A stretch of DNA of 47,251 nt from Acetatifactor sp. (GTDB lineage: Bacteria; Bacillota; Clostridia; Lachnospirales; Lachnospiraceae). Each line of letters opens with the position of its first letter. Within the stretch, counting starts at the first letter, position 1. The notes under the pieces are model-generated. The model ran no database searches. It was not told the origin of the DNA and saw nothing but the letters and a program-made list of their open reading frames with translations. The position numbers and the translations under genes were made by a program. Shown piece after piece: positions 19,223 through 29,751 of the stretch. The stretch lies in contig JAZSFW010000047.1 of assembly GCA_045532445.1 (NCBI GenBank), positions 1-47,251 on the forward strand, read 5' to 3'.

Positions 19223-20386
19223 TTATTTTCTGGTGTATCTGCGTAACATAGGAATCATACCATACATTTGCTCTAATGTATAGAGGATTTCTTCTTCCGT
19301 GGTAAATACTGAAAAGCTGAAGCGAATGGTGGAGGAAAGCAGATCCTTGTCAACACCCATGGCTTTCAGTGTGGCTGACGGCTGCGGCTTGTGTGCTGAG
19401 CAGGCACTTCCCGCCGACACATAGACTCCCTTATCCTCCAGCGCATGCAGCAATACTTCACTTCTGACTCCGGCAAAGGATACACTGACAATATGAGGTG
19501 CTGTTCCTTCTATGCCTCCGTCAAGCAGTCCGTTCAACTGAATGCCGTCGATCTTTTTCACGCCTTCCACAAACAGCCTTTTCAATTGATACAGCCGGTT
19601 AACATCCTCATCAAAATGAGTATACATGATTTCAGCTGCTTTTGCCAGCCCTGCAATTCCGGGAACATTCTCTGTGCCGGAGCGAAGATTCTGCTGCTGT
19701 CCACCTCCAAACACAATCGGCTGAATCTTTACTTTGTCATTCACATACAAAAAACCCGAGCCCTTAGGGCCATGGATCTTGTGAGCGCTGACAGAAAGCA
19801 GATCAATATTCATCTTCTTCGGGAAAATTCTGGCTTTGCCAAATCCCTGCACCGCATCTACGTGAAACAAGGTATTAGGATTCATTCGCTTAATCATGGC
19901 ACCCGCTTCCTCTATGGGCTGTCTGGCTCCCACCTCGTTGTTGGTGTGCATAATCGATACCAAAATGGTCTGAGGGGTCATCGCCCTGTGCAGATCTTCC
20001 AGGCAGATCCTTCCGCATCTGTCTACCGGAAGATAAGTGATCTGATATCCCAAAGATTCCAGATACTGCATGGTCTTGGCAATCGCAGGATGTTCTACCT
20101 GTGTTGTGATCAGATGTTTTCCTCTGCGGCAATTGGCCATGGCACACCCGATCAAGGCAAGGTTGTTAGATTCCGTGCCTCCGGAAGTAAAGTAAATTTC
20201 TTTTTCGTTTACCTTCAGAAGCTTTGCCAAGGTTTCTTTTGCATAACGGACATAGTTTTCAGCCGCCACACCTTTCATGTGGAGACTGGAGGGATTGCCG
20301 TAATCCTCACACATAATCTTTGTCATTAATTCTGCCACTTCGGGAAAGACTTTTGTAGTGGCAGAATTATCAAGATATACTTCCAT
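19223..20386 (-). CDS. Cysteine desulfurase (IscS/NifZ-like partner of ThiI)
   Basis: YLDNSATT, FTSGGTE, SAHKIHGPKG, SAGSACS. Confidence 0.95.
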   Translation of the reverse strand: MEVYLDNSATTKVFPEVAELMTKIMCEDYGNPSSLHMKGVAAENYVRYAKETLAKLLKVNEKEIYFTSGGTESNNLALIGCAMANCRRGKHLITTQVEHPAIAKTMQYLESLGYQITYLPVDRCGRICLEDLHRAMTPQTILVSIMHTNNEVGARQPIEEAGAMIKRMNPNTLFHVDAVQGFGKARIFPKKMNIDLLSVSAHKIHGPKGSGFLYVNDKVKIQPIVFGGGQQQNLRSGTENVPGIAGLAKAAEIMYTHFDEDVNRLYQLKRLFVEGVKKIDGIQLNGLLDGGIEGTAPHIVSVSFAGVRSEVLLHALEDKGVYVSAGSACSAHKPQPSATLKAMGVDKDLLSSTIRFSFSVFTTEEEILYTLEQMYGMIPMLRRYTRK

Positions 20387-20501
20387 GAAATTACTCCTCG
20401 ATCAGGCGGAGTTAACCGCCCGGATTTTATATATTATTATATGCAGCTTTTCATTTTCTGCGATGTTTGTTCCACAATGACGAACGCAATGAGAACAATC
20501 A

Positions 20502-21248
20502 TTATTCCTCCAACTGATACATGATCCATGACAGAACAGTAAAGCCCGCTGTCTCTGTTCGAAGAATGCGTTTGCCCAAGGTAACCGGTTCGATGCCAGA
20601 CGCAAGCGCCAGTTTGATCTCAGCTTCTTCAAAACCACCTTCCGGACCGATAAATACAGCGATATCCTGACCCGGCTTTAAGCCTTGCATCAGCTGCTTT
20701 GTCCGCTCCATTCCTTCTGCCAGCTCATAAGGAATCAACTTTACATCCATGGATGAGGCTTTGGCAATGGCCTCTTTAAAACTCATTACATTGGTGACTC
20801 GTGGTATGATCCGCCGCTTGCTCTGCTTTGCTGCTGCCTCAGCGATGCCCTGCCAACGGGCAATTTTGCCTGCTGCCTTCTTTTCTTCCAGCTTTACCAC
20901 ACACCGTTTTGCAGCCACAGGGATGATTTCATAAGCGCCAAGCTCCACCGCCTTCTGGATGATCAGCTCCATCTTGTCAGCCTTTGGAAGACTCTGAAAC
21001 AGATAGACTCTGGATGGCAGCTCTAAGCCATCCTCTTTGACAAAACGAAGCTCACAAATGACTCTGTCGTCCTCTATGGAAGTGATGCCGCAGCGATATT
21101 CCTTACCATCCTCTCCGTTACTGACCGAAATTTCCTCACCGGGTTTCATCCGAAGCACATTTTTGATATGATTCACGTCACTTCCTGTGATCATTATTAT
21201 TTTACCACAAATCTGATTTGATTCCACAAAAAATTGAAACATTTCCAA
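20502..21248 (-). CDS. rsmE: 16S rRNA m3U1498 methyltransferase
   Basis: HIKNVLR, QKAVELG, IGPEGGF, LGKRILRTETA. Confidence 0.96.
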   Translation of the reverse strand: MEMFQFFVESNQICGKIIMITGSDVNHIKNVLRMKPGEEISVSNGEDGKEYRCGITSIEDDRVICELRFVKEDGLELPSRVYLFQSLPKADKMELIIQKAVELGAYEIIPVAAKRCVVKLEEKKAAGKIARWQGIAEAAAKQSKRRIIPRVTNVMSFKEAIAKASSMDVKLIPYELAEGMERTKQLMQGLKPGQDIAVFIGPEGGFEEAEIKLALASGIEPVTLGKRILRTETAGFTVLSWIMYQLEE

Positions 21249-21273
21249 ATTACTCCTGATGTATTGGGATTGC

Positions 21274-22260
21274 CTAATTCTTCCGCGCAGTCACACTGAC
21301 CCACTCACCCTGATAGGTCACTTCAAGCACTTCCAATCCTGCTGCCTTTACAGCATCTACAACAGTCTGCTCCTTATCATCAATGATGCCTGAGGTAATG
21401 TAGATACCGCCCTTTTTCAGCTGATGCATGATCACAGGGGTCAAAGGAACCAGAATATCTGCCAGAATATTAGCCACTACAATATCATAGCGCTCATAAC
21501 CCACTTCATCCTGAACCTCTTTCTCTGTAATGATATTGCCTATCATCATTTGGAATTGCTCCGGTGCGATACCATTGGCTTCGCAATTCTGGGCCACCGC
21601 TTCTACTGTACAAATATCCAGATCCGTTCCCACAGCATGCTTTGCTCCAAACATTAAGGATAGAATTGCCAGGATACCACTTCCGGTTCCCACATCCAAA
21701 AGCTCCGTTTCCGGTGTAATATATTTGCGCAGCTGTCTGATACACAGCTGAGTCGTCTCGTGCATTCCGGTACCAAAGGCTGTACCCGGATCAATATGAA
21801 GCACCATACGCTCCTTATCCTCAGATGCCACATCCTCCCAGGAGGGAATCACCAGAATATCATCGATATAGAACTGATGAAAATATTGCTTCCAGTTGTT
21901 AATCCAGTCAATATCCTCGGTCTCATCCACCGTAATGGTACCTTCACCGATATCCATAAACAGGCGAAGGTCTGAAAGCTCTTCTTCCACTCTTTTTATG
22001 ATGGTTTCTACATCCGTAACTTCTCCCTGCATCTCAAGAGATCCATCATCCTTTTTCTCCACAAAAAAGCTTAAATAGGCAATGCCGTCATCCTCGGGAC
22101 CTTCCGGCATAATATCCACAAACATCTGCTCTTTTTCCAGGGCAGTAAGCGGAACCTTGTCCTCAATCTGAGCTCCTTCCAAACCGATGTCATACAAGGT
22201 ACTGATAATGATGTCCTCTGCCTCTGTAATTGTCTTAATTTTAAATTTCACCCATTTCAT
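21274..22260 (-). CDS. prmA: Ribosomal protein L11 methyltransferase
   Basis: DPGTAFGTGMHETT, LDVGTGSGIL, VANILA. Confidence 0.96.
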   Translation of the reverse strand: MKWVKFKIKTITEAEDIIISTLYDIGLEGAQIEDKVPLTALEKEQMFVDIMPEGPEDDGIAYLSFFVEKKDDGSLEMQGEVTDVETIIKRVEEELSDLRLFMDIGEGTITVDETEDIDWINNWKQYFHQFYIDDILVIPSWEDVASEDKERMVLHIDPGTAFGTGMHETTQLCIRQLRKYITPETELLDVGTGSGILAILSLMFGAKHAVGTDLDICTVEAVAQNCEANGIAPEQFQMMIGNIITEKEVQDEVGYERYDIVVANILADILVPLTPVIMHQLKKGGIYITSGIIDDKEQTVVDAVKAAGLEVLEVTYQGEWVSVTARKN

Positions 22261-23086
22261 TCTGAATTTCCTCCGCCCATATTGCAGCATTTTCTACCCA
22301 TTTGGCAATGCTTGCATTCTCCCATTTCGCAACACCACATCTGGTAATCTGATTACCCAGTGCCACCCCGTGGGGACCATCCGGGTAAATATGCATTTCA
22401 AATTTCAGTCCTGCCTGTGCAAATGCTTTTGCCAGAACCAGCGAATTCTGTACATTTACTGCCTGATCATTTGAAGTGTGTACTAAAAAGGCTGGAACGG
22501 TTCTGTCATCCACATTTTCCTCCAAACTACACATCTGAAGCTGCTCTTGTGTAGGCTCCGTACTCCCTAACAGATTGTAAAAGCTATCATGATGACCGAA
22601 ATCTTCTGTACCGGTAACTACCGGATAAATCAGCATCATGCCTGCAGGCTTGTTATAACCATAAGGCATGTCCACCGTCTCATACACTTCCTTCTTATGC
22701 CACATGGTTCCCAGACTTCCCGCCAGATGACCACCGGCAGAAAAACCTACAACAAACACCCGGTCCGCATCAATATGATATTCCTGCGCATGGTCTTTGA
22801 TATGTTTCATGGCTTTTGATGCCTGGATCAGCTGAGCCGGAAATGTTTTTTCGCTGCAGCAGGCTGTAGAATAATGCAGTACAAAAGCATTGTAACCATA
22901 GGGCAGAAATGCCATGGCAATGGGCTCTCCTTCCCGATAGGCACACACATCCCAATAAGCGCCGCCGGGGATTACCAGAATCGCTTTTCTTGTCAAGTCA
23001 GGGATTTCGTCCGCAATATACGCGTCAAGATATACGTTTGGATCATTTTGTTCCAGATTTATTTTTTCAAATATCATTTCAAACAC
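22241..23086 (-). CDS. Alpha/beta hydrolase (acetylesterase/lipase-like)
   Basis: PGGAY, GFSAGGHL, HTSNDQAV, GPHGVAL. Confidence 0.88.
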   Translation of the reverse strand: MFEMIFEKINLEQNDPNVYLDAYIADEIPDLTRKAILVIPGGAYWDVCAYREGEPIAMAFLPYGYNAFVLHYSTACCSEKTFPAQLIQASKAMKHIKDHAQEYHIDADRVFVVGFSAGGHLAGSLGTMWHKKEVYETVDMPYGYNKPAGMMLIYPVVTGTEDFGHHDSFYNLLGSTEPTQEQLQMCSLEENVDDRTVPAFLVHTSNDQAVNVQNSLVLAKAFAQAGLKFEMHIYPDGPHGVALGNQITRCGVAKWENASIAKWVENAAIWAEEIQNEMGEI

Positions 23087-23153
23087 TTCCTATCATCTAT
23101 TTACCGTATTGTTTTCTTTTACATGTTCTTTGCTTTTCTGCAACGAAGTGGTC

Positions 23154-25043
23154 TTACAGAACACTGGCCGTTGCAATCTTTTTATACGTATCCCACAGGA
23201 ATCCGCCGCCAACCTTAGTGGGCACATTGGCATCAGAAGCGTGCAGATACAGTCTCTCTACCTCCAGTTCTTCAATATGCGCAATTTCGCCGCTTAAATA
23301 TGCCAAAATCCGCTCTTTCACGGTATCAAACCGCATAATCAGTCCACCGTAACGAATATCATGTACTTCCCAGCCAAAGGGCTTATTGTACTCCATCCAG
23401 GAGCTTCTGTGTGCTCTTCTCAGCGCCTTGCATTTCTCAATGATCACATCACATTCCTGCACCATGGCTGCCATCGTTTCTTTGTCTCCACAGTCATAAG
23501 CCTTCTTTAAACGCAATCCAAAATCCGCCTTGTTCTCCAACAGATCACTGAGTCTTCTGATCACCTCGAAGGCAGATGCAAATGTGCCGGCTCCATCTCC
23601 CACTGTGGCAAGTTCCTTATTAACACGATGGTAAAAATCACGGGTATCCACATCTTCCATATTCTTGTCAATCAAGCCCACCAACGGGTCATTGTATAAA
23701 AGTGCTCTGGAAACGCCATACTCACCGCCATGAGGATACTCAGGAAGCTCTGTTTTCAGGAACATATCATACTCCAGACCACAAGCTGCCCGGAAACATT
23801 CCCTGACACTTTCTTCCACATAACACCCTTTATAATCATAGTCTGCATACCAAGCCAATCCCGCAAGCCCCATAATCAGACTGGCTTCTGCCCCATTGAG
23901 CCAGATCGTAGCCATCACTTCCTTGATCCCTTTCTTCCGGCAAGCCTCCAACGCAGGAATGGAATTACGAAGAGAACGGCTGAAATAGGGACAATGACCG
24001 CTCCACAGCCAGACACCGCCTGCAAACATGGTATTCTGTCCCAGAAGTGCATGCTTTTCAATATTGACCGTATAAAATTCTTCTTCCGGATGGTAATAAT
24101 CCCAGAAGACCTGCTGTACGCCTTCCGGCACTCTCCTGATAATATCCTCTGTGATTTCCACCCTCATATCATAATCTTCGTAACCCGGAATTCCCTTACC
24201 TGCCAGACGGAAGAACATATCACTCCACATCATCGGCTTGAAACCATAGCCCTTTGCCATCTCCACGACCTTCGCCAAATGCTCCAGGAAGATATTCTGA
24301 CGCTCACGATACCCATTAAGATCCAGGTATTGACCGGTTCCCAGATCATGTGTCTCGTCCATACCCATATGCAGACGTTTGCTGCTGAAACACTGAGAGA
24401 TCATTCGGAACATGTCATCAATCAGTTGATAAGTAGCGTCTGCTCCTACCAACAAGGCATTGGCAGTATCCTTAAACTTGCCGGAAGCTTCCCAGCGAAG
24501 TGTTGTAGCCAAGTGTCCCAATACCTGAATGCAAGGAATCAGTTCTATACCCAGTTCCTGCGCATAAGCATCCATCTCTTTAATCTCATCAGGTGTATAT
24601 CTGCCGCGCATATAACCAAAATAAGGGTGATTCTCCACCTCATAGGTGTCCTCAGTATACAGCATAAACGAATTCAAACCCATGAGCGCCATTTTACGCA
24701 TCATAAACTTTACAGTAGTTACATTCATGACAGCGTCTCTGGACATATCCACCATAGCACCGTTTATAGTAAAAAGAGGATTCTCTGTCACGGTGCGGGA
24801 TGTAACACCTTTCTTCACCCACTGACTCAACATAGCAAGCCCGCGGAAAAACCGTGCCTTACCGCCACCATAAATAATAGCAGCATTCTCTTTGTCCAGT
24901 GCCACACTCAAAATATCTTTATCAGTCTCCGTTATATGTACGGTAATATCTGCATTAATGTCCGCAACCGTTATATCCAATTCCTCTGCAACAAACATAA
25001 TGCCATTCATAAGATTTTCTGCATTCTGAAACTGATAAATCAT
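23154..25043 (-). CDS. GH20 beta-N-acetylhexosaminidase (no signal peptide)
   Basis: LYTEDTY, IPCIQVLGH, HMGMDET catalytic pair, MWSDM. Confidence 0.88.
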   Translation of the reverse strand: MIYQFQNAENLMNGIMFVAEELDITVADINADITVHITETDKDILSVALDKENAAIIYGGGKARFFRGLAMLSQWVKKGVTSRTVTENPLFTINGAMVDMSRDAVMNVTTVKFMMRKMALMGLNSFMLYTEDTYEVENHPYFGYMRGRYTPDEIKEMDAYAQELGIELIPCIQVLGHLATTLRWEASGKFKDTANALLVGADATYQLIDDMFRMISQCFSSKRLHMGMDETHDLGTGQYLDLNGYRERQNIFLEHLAKVVEMAKGYGFKPMMWSDMFFRLAGKGIPGYEDYDMRVEITEDIIRRVPEGVQQVFWDYYHPEEEFYTVNIEKHALLGQNTMFAGGVWLWSGHCPYFSRSLRNSIPALEACRKKGIKEVMATIWLNGAEASLIMGLAGLAWYADYDYKGCYVEESVRECFRAACGLEYDMFLKTELPEYPHGGEYGVSRALLYNDPLVGLIDKNMEDVDTRDFYHRVNKELATVGDGAGTFASAFEVIRRLSDLLENKADFGLRLKKAYDCGDKETMAAMVQECDVIIEKCKALRRAHRSSWMEYNKPFGWEVHDIRYGGLIMRFDTVKERILAYLSGEIAHIEELEVERLYLHASDANVPTKVGGGFLWDTYKKIATASVL

Positions 25044-25228
25044 ACGATTTCCCCTCCATTCTGTTCATGCACCTTGGCGGCATCAAAATTTCAACCCGTT
25101 CTCTTGCCCACATAATTGAATATTCTTTTATTAAAGTAACATTTTCTCATAAAAATAGCAAGCAAAAAGTAAATCCCGGATCAGTAAAAGCGATAATAAT
25201 AATGAATAAAGAGAGAAGGTGACCGGAA

Positions 25229-26401
25229 TTATTTAAAAAACAAAACTATTTTTCCCAGCCTGATCTCATCCTCCTTCTCCAAACGCCTTTTCTCATAAGG
25301 CTGCAGGCGCAATCCATTTTTAAACGTGCCGTTTGTTGAATTCAAATCCTCCAGATAGATTCCTTCCTTATCCCTGGTAATCCTGGCATGCATTCTGCTG
25401 ACGGAAGCATCTTCGATCACATAATCCGCTTCCTCTTTCTTCTTACCCAGAATGATCGTCTGCCTGTCTATCCGAAGCAGCAGTTGTCCGGCTTCCGAAT
25501 ACAATCCCTCAGTCTCTTCCATCACCTCTTTGACACCTTCCATGTACATGGTTTTACCAAACAGTTCTGCTTCTTCCTCCTTTTGTGTTGTTGCCTGTTT
25601 TTGCGCTGCATTTATATACCTGGTCTCCTCACAAACAGCATAGCCCATCATGGCTTTTCCAACCTGATACTGCATATTTTCTCTCTCATCCTTTTGCCTC
25701 TTGCGCCTTCCATCGAGAAAATACAAAATACCCTTTTTACTGTCTTTATTCTCTTTTTCTTCCTGCTTCTGTGTAAGCTCAGTTTCCGGCGCAGGCGCCT
25801 TTTTACTTTCTCTGACCAGCGCTTTTTCTTCTCTGACAGGAGCAGCCTCTATGCTGTCCATAATTTTGCTGTCTTCATAAATTTGTTCCTTCAGGTAAAC
25901 TTCTCCCAGCGCACGATATTGTTCATGGATCTTATAAACACATTCCACAAGTCCATCATCTGCATAATCTATCTGCTCCACCAGATAATCCATGAATTCT
26001 CTAAATCCGTTGTCACCTTCATAATAAGGTACATACAAAAAATAAAAATCATTCTTTTCCAAATCCTGAAAAATCTGTTGCGGATACCATAAAATATTTT
26101 TATCATCCAGCAAAAAACGCTCCATTTGCTGTCTCACTCTGCGCATTCCCCATAAAAAATCTTTCAGCCATTGTCTCCCGATCTTTTTGCCGGAATAGAA
26201 CTGTACTACATTCTGCGTAGAAGAAATATCGTAATATAAATACGCCTGACCATTAATGTATCTGAGACTGCATGGCAGCAATCCCTTGATTCCTCCTCTG
26301 GTCACAATACAATATTGATATCTGTTTTCTTCCGGATTTTTATCCAAAGGAATTCTTTCATAATTACAATTAAGGTTCCTCACAAATTCTGTCTGTATCA
26401 T
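25229..26401 (-). CDS. DUF6382 plus C-terminal FHA domain protein (Tad locus)
   Basis: LYYDISS in the N-domain; FHA signature LGK..SVSRMHA..EDLNSTNGTFKNG. Confidence 0.85.
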   Translation of the reverse strand: MIQTEFVRNLNCNYERIPLDKNPEENRYQYCIVTRGGIKGLLPCSLRYINGQAYLYYDISSTQNVVQFYSGKKIGRQWLKDFLWGMRRVRQQMERFLLDDKNILWYPQQIFQDLEKNDFYFLYVPYYEGDNGFREFMDYLVEQIDYADDGLVECVYKIHEQYRALGEVYLKEQIYEDSKIMDSIEAAPVREEKALVRESKKAPAPETELTQKQEEKENKDSKKGILYFLDGRRKRQKDERENMQYQVGKAMMGYAVCEETRYINAAQKQATTQKEEEAELFGKTMYMEGVKEVMEETEGLYSEAGQLLLRIDRQTIILGKKKEEADYVIEDASVSRMHARITRDKEGIYLEDLNSTNGTFKNGLRLQPYEKRRLEKEDEIRLGKIVLFFK

Positions 26402-26813
26402 TTTCTGTTTCCTCCATCATTTTTTGCTTTAATCTGATCCACTCTGTGGGCTTTATTTCCACACAGGTATACGAAGCCTTTAGTTCCCAATCATCCTTGC
26501 CATTCCATGGCATAAGTCCTTTAAACGGCATGATTACAGTCCCCCTCGCCTGCGCGAGAATTTCTCCCTGTTCCTTTTTCAGCACATTTTCTCCCCATTC
26601 AAATGCCAGGTATGATTCTGATTCCCTCATTCGATCTCCTGACAGGACAGATTTCCGATCATCTTCCCACTGCGTTCTCAACACAAGCAGTGCCACATCC
26701 TGCTCCAATAGGCATCTGTCATATTGATAGAACATGCCATAAATCAAAAACACATACACACCAAACACAATAGGCAGAATACATGCTGCCTCCACCGTAA
26801 AATAAGCCTTCAT
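26370..26813 (-). CDS. TadE-like minor pilin
   Basis: KA-YFTVEAACILPIV prepilin-like N-terminus. Confidence 0.75.
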   Translation of the reverse strand: MKAYFTVEAACILPIVFGVYVFLIYGMFYQYDRCLLEQDVALLVLRTQWEDDRKSVLSGDRMRESESYLAFEWGENVLKKEQGEILAQARGTVIMPFKGLMPWNGKDDWELKASYTCVEIKPTEWIRLKQKMMEETENDTDRICEEP

Positions 26814-27259
26814 AAAACTCCTCTCCCCAGCCTCATTCCTTCCAATACAAGGGCGGACACTGCCAAAAAAGGTATAAAAGGCAACTTATCGTTCTTCTTT
26901 ACTTTTCGAAACACCAGTAAAACAATGGCGGTCATAGCCGCGATGAATAACCCGCCCAGAAACACTGCTGTTATTTTCACACCTCCCAGGATGCTGCCTG
27001 CCACAAGCAAGACACACCCGTCTCCGTAACCAACCTTACCGCTCAACCAGCCTGCCAACAACATCAGCACCCCCGGGACCCAGCTTTTTAATAATTCTGA
27101 CCAAAATTCCAGAGGAGGTCGGTCGCAACCCAGATAAATCAGATTGGCAAGCGCTGCCACACCGCCTATTAAAAGCCAAAATACCGGAATTTTTCTGGTT
27201 TTGATATCATAAATACTCAGTACCATTAAATAACAGAGCAAACTTACTGTTTTCCACAT
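26810..27259 (-). CDS. Prepilin peptidase (A24)
   Basis: YDIKTRKIP, GYGDG, LPFIPFL. Confidence 0.85.
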   Translation of the reverse strand: MWKTVSLLCYLMVLSIYDIKTRKIPVFWLLIGGVAALANLIYLGCDRPPLEFWSELLKSWVPGVLMLLAGWLSGKVGYGDGCVLLVAGSILGGVKITAVFLGGLFIAAMTAIVLLVFRKVKKNDKLPFIPFLAVSALVLEGMRLGRGVL

Positions 27260-27275
27260 ATTTTTCTCCTGCTTT

Positions 27276-28235
27276 CTATTTTGCACACCTGCTACAAGGC
27301 CGATATCTGTTTTTTGCCAATGCACGTTCCACGGTTATAACAGTTCTGACCAGAGTAGGGCAATCACTTTTTTCATGATATCTGTTACCGTCAGACGTTA
27401 TATACACAACCTCTTGCCCCCCTACCCTGCAGATCTGGCACAAGGAATATGGTTCTCCCCGATCATTCCGGGCACTGTAAACTTGCGCAACCAATACTCT
27501 GGTAACATTCCTTGCAAGATAACTACACCCACGATTTTCATGATACACCTCCCCATATGGTGTGACAAATACACTATCTTTTATGTTTTCATCATACTCT
27601 ACCTCATCCGGTGAATACCCGGTCCATGCCCTGGCATAATATCTGTTAGCCATCCGAAAGGAGGAAAAACCTGGGATGTCAAAAAGCGGAGACACCTGAT
27701 AAGTCACTTTGACATCAATGCATTCCTCCTCACCGTAGGAAGATTCCAAAAAAACCAATCCCCTTTCCCCATAAGTCAAAGGCGATTCCTCTAAGTACTC
27801 CTTTCCCAGATCTCCTACTACCGCAGCATGCATCAAAACGTCATACAAAATTCTATTGTCATTGGAATTGGCATATCCACTGATGGTCATAATCCTACCA
27901 TTTTTCCATAGTGCAAGCTCCACATTTCCGTGCAAGCGGATCATCTCTATGGCAGACATTAAATTCATAAAAAAGAACAATAACAGAGGAATGACCACGG
28001 CCGCTTCCACCGTCATACTTCCATCTAAAGAACGTCTCCCTATTTGGGGGATGACCTTCTTTGTGTATCTATGCTTCAGGAGATGCAGCAGCGGTATCCT
28101 CTTTATGAATAAACCGGCTATTAAGCCTCGGGCAAGGCTTCTATTACCGCTAAAAATCTGCAGTGTTGGAGTAGGGTTCTTTTTCTTTATTATTAGATGA
28201 ATTGTTTTCTGTTTCCTGTTCCATAAAGAGGACAC
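27276..28235 (-). CDS. TadE-like pilin with two C-terminal His/Cys metal-binding repeats
   Basis: G-SMTVEAAVVIPLLL; YH..C..CxxC twice. Confidence 0.8.
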   Translation of the reverse strand: MSSLWNRKQKTIHLIIKKKNPTPTLQIFSGNRSLARGLIAGLFIKRIPLLHLLKHRYTKKVIPQIGRRSLDGSMTVEAAVVIPLLLFFFMNLMSAIEMIRLHGNVELALWKNGRIMTISGYANSNDNRILYDVLMHAAVVGDLGKEYLEESPLTYGERGLVFLESSYGEEECIDVKVTYQVSPLFDIPGFSSFRMANRYYARAWTGYSPDEVEYDENIKDSVFVTPYGEVYHENRGCSYLARNVTRVLVAQVYSARNDRGEPYSLCQICRVGGQEVVYITSDGNRYHEKSDCPTLVRTVITVERALAKNRYRPCSRCAK

Positions 28236-28266
28236 CGCTGCTCACCTCCTTTCTTTTCCTTCCATT

Positions 28267-29751
28267 CTAGTACTTATTTTCCTTACAGATCTCTACCACA
28301 TATCCGTAACTGCTTTTGATCACAACCTCTGCCATCAGACGATCCACACAGCCATCCATGCGAAAATATCTGTTGGCTGGCGTCTGCCTGATGTCCATTT
28401 CCATAATATCCATCATCCGAAAAGTCTGTTCTTCCAAAGGGCTCAGTATCAGAAGCAAACGCAAATAGTCTGCATAACTTAGCCCTAAGGCTTGAAAATT
28501 TTCCTCTGAATCATCTTCCAGAGACAATCCATCTTCCAACATCCCCTCCGTAATCAGTCCCATGTCACATTGCCATGTCTCAGCCGTCTTTATTAAAGGG
28601 ACTTTTTTGCCCTCTAAGAGGCTCCTCACATCATACAAGCTCTCTGCGTAGGCCCAGCCAAGCAAAATTGCTGTCTTAAAGACCGGCTGTATTTCCGGAA
28701 GCATGATCGCTGCCGCAATCAATGCCGCGGCAGCTTCTGCCTCAGCATTTTTGGCTCCGTCAGAGTACAGGTATAGCAAATTGGCAGCCTCTCTGATCCC
28801 CATAATGCGGTTTATGCTTCCTCTTAGATTATCCATATCGTTTTCCTTACCCACAATCAGGTATTCCAACTGATATTGCAGAGCACTTCCCTCCAGCTCC
28901 TGGCCAAAAAAGCCACAATATCTCATCAGATACTCCTGCCACAGCAATCGATTTGTCAATTCCTCCTTTTCAGGCTGCTTCCAGTTGCCCTGATTGACTT
29001 CTTCCTGCATTCTCCTGTGGCTGATCAACTGCTCCGTATGGATGCTTTTATTTGACACCTTCTCCGGCTCCTCCAAAACCCATCGCAGGATACCTTTACG
29101 CTTTACTTCCTCTATTGGTGCAGTCGGATTATTCACCTCTATGGTGACCCAATCTTCTCCCACCTGCCTCTTCTGTTCATTCAACTGCTCTATTGTACTG
29201 TCAATCTGTTCCTTTTCCTGTTCCAGATCGCTTTCCAGAAGACCATATTGTTCTACCGTTTCCAGCCACTGCATCACCTGTTCCAAAAAAGCAAGACCGA
29301 TCTCATCCTTTACCACTTCCACGGCCCGCTCCCGCAAAATTCTCCCCCCTTCGTCTGATGCAACCGCTGTCCTTACGATCATGACATCTTCAAGACACAG
29401 TCCCAGAAAATCTCTGTACAGGTAATCTCCCAGAAACACATCCTCCACATTACAGTTCTTGCGAATATACCATTCTAAACGTTGGGCCAGATTTTCTGTG
29501 GAAGGGTTCTTTGTTTTGTAAGAGGTATCTACAAAAAACATGCCGTAGCGCTCAAACAGCTCCCGGTGATACTCTGCCAACACACTTTCTGCTGCAATAT
29601 CTGTGATTACCTGCGCCTCTAACTGAATCGTATGAAGTCTGACCCCTTCCAGGATAGCCAGGTACAAGGACAGAATAACAGTTAGCGACAAGGCTGCATA
29701 CACCGTCAAGTACCCGCCTGGCTCCTGCCCTTTCTTTGACACGCAAATCAT
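28267..29751 (-). CDS. DUF5702 / TadG-like pilus-associated protein
   Basis: G-YLTVYAALSL N-terminus; YQLEYLIVG, WAYAES, YADYLRLLL. Confidence 0.75.
   Translation of the reverse strand: MICVSKKGQEPGGYLTVYAALSLTVILSLYLAILEGVRLHTIQLEAQVITDIAAESVLAEYHRELFERYGMFFVDTSYKTKNPSTENLAQRLEWYIRKNCNVEDVFLGDYLYRDFLGLCLEDVMIVRTAVASDEGGRILRERAVEVVKDEIGLAFLEQVMQWLETVEQYGLLESDLEQEKEQIDSTIEQLNEQKRQVGEDWVTIEVNNPTAPIEEVKRKGILRWVLEEPEKVSNKSIHTEQLISHRRMQEEVNQGNWKQPEKEELTNRLLWQEYLMRYCGFFGQELEGSALQYQLEYLIVGKENDMDNLRGSINRIMGIREAANLLYLYSDGAKNAEAEAAAALIAAAIMLPEIQPVFKTAILLGWAYAESLYDVRSLLEGKKVPLIKTAETWQCDMGLITEGMLEDGLSLEDDSEENFQALGLSYADYLRLLLILSPLEEQTFRMMDIMEMDIRQTPANRYFRMDGCVDRLMAEVVIKSSYGYVVEICKENKY

Noticed and set aside
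23730-25115. 461-aa ORF on the + strand (also 19445-20329 and similar long antisense ORFs)
   Set aside because: Antisense shadows of well-supported genes, with no recognisable motifs
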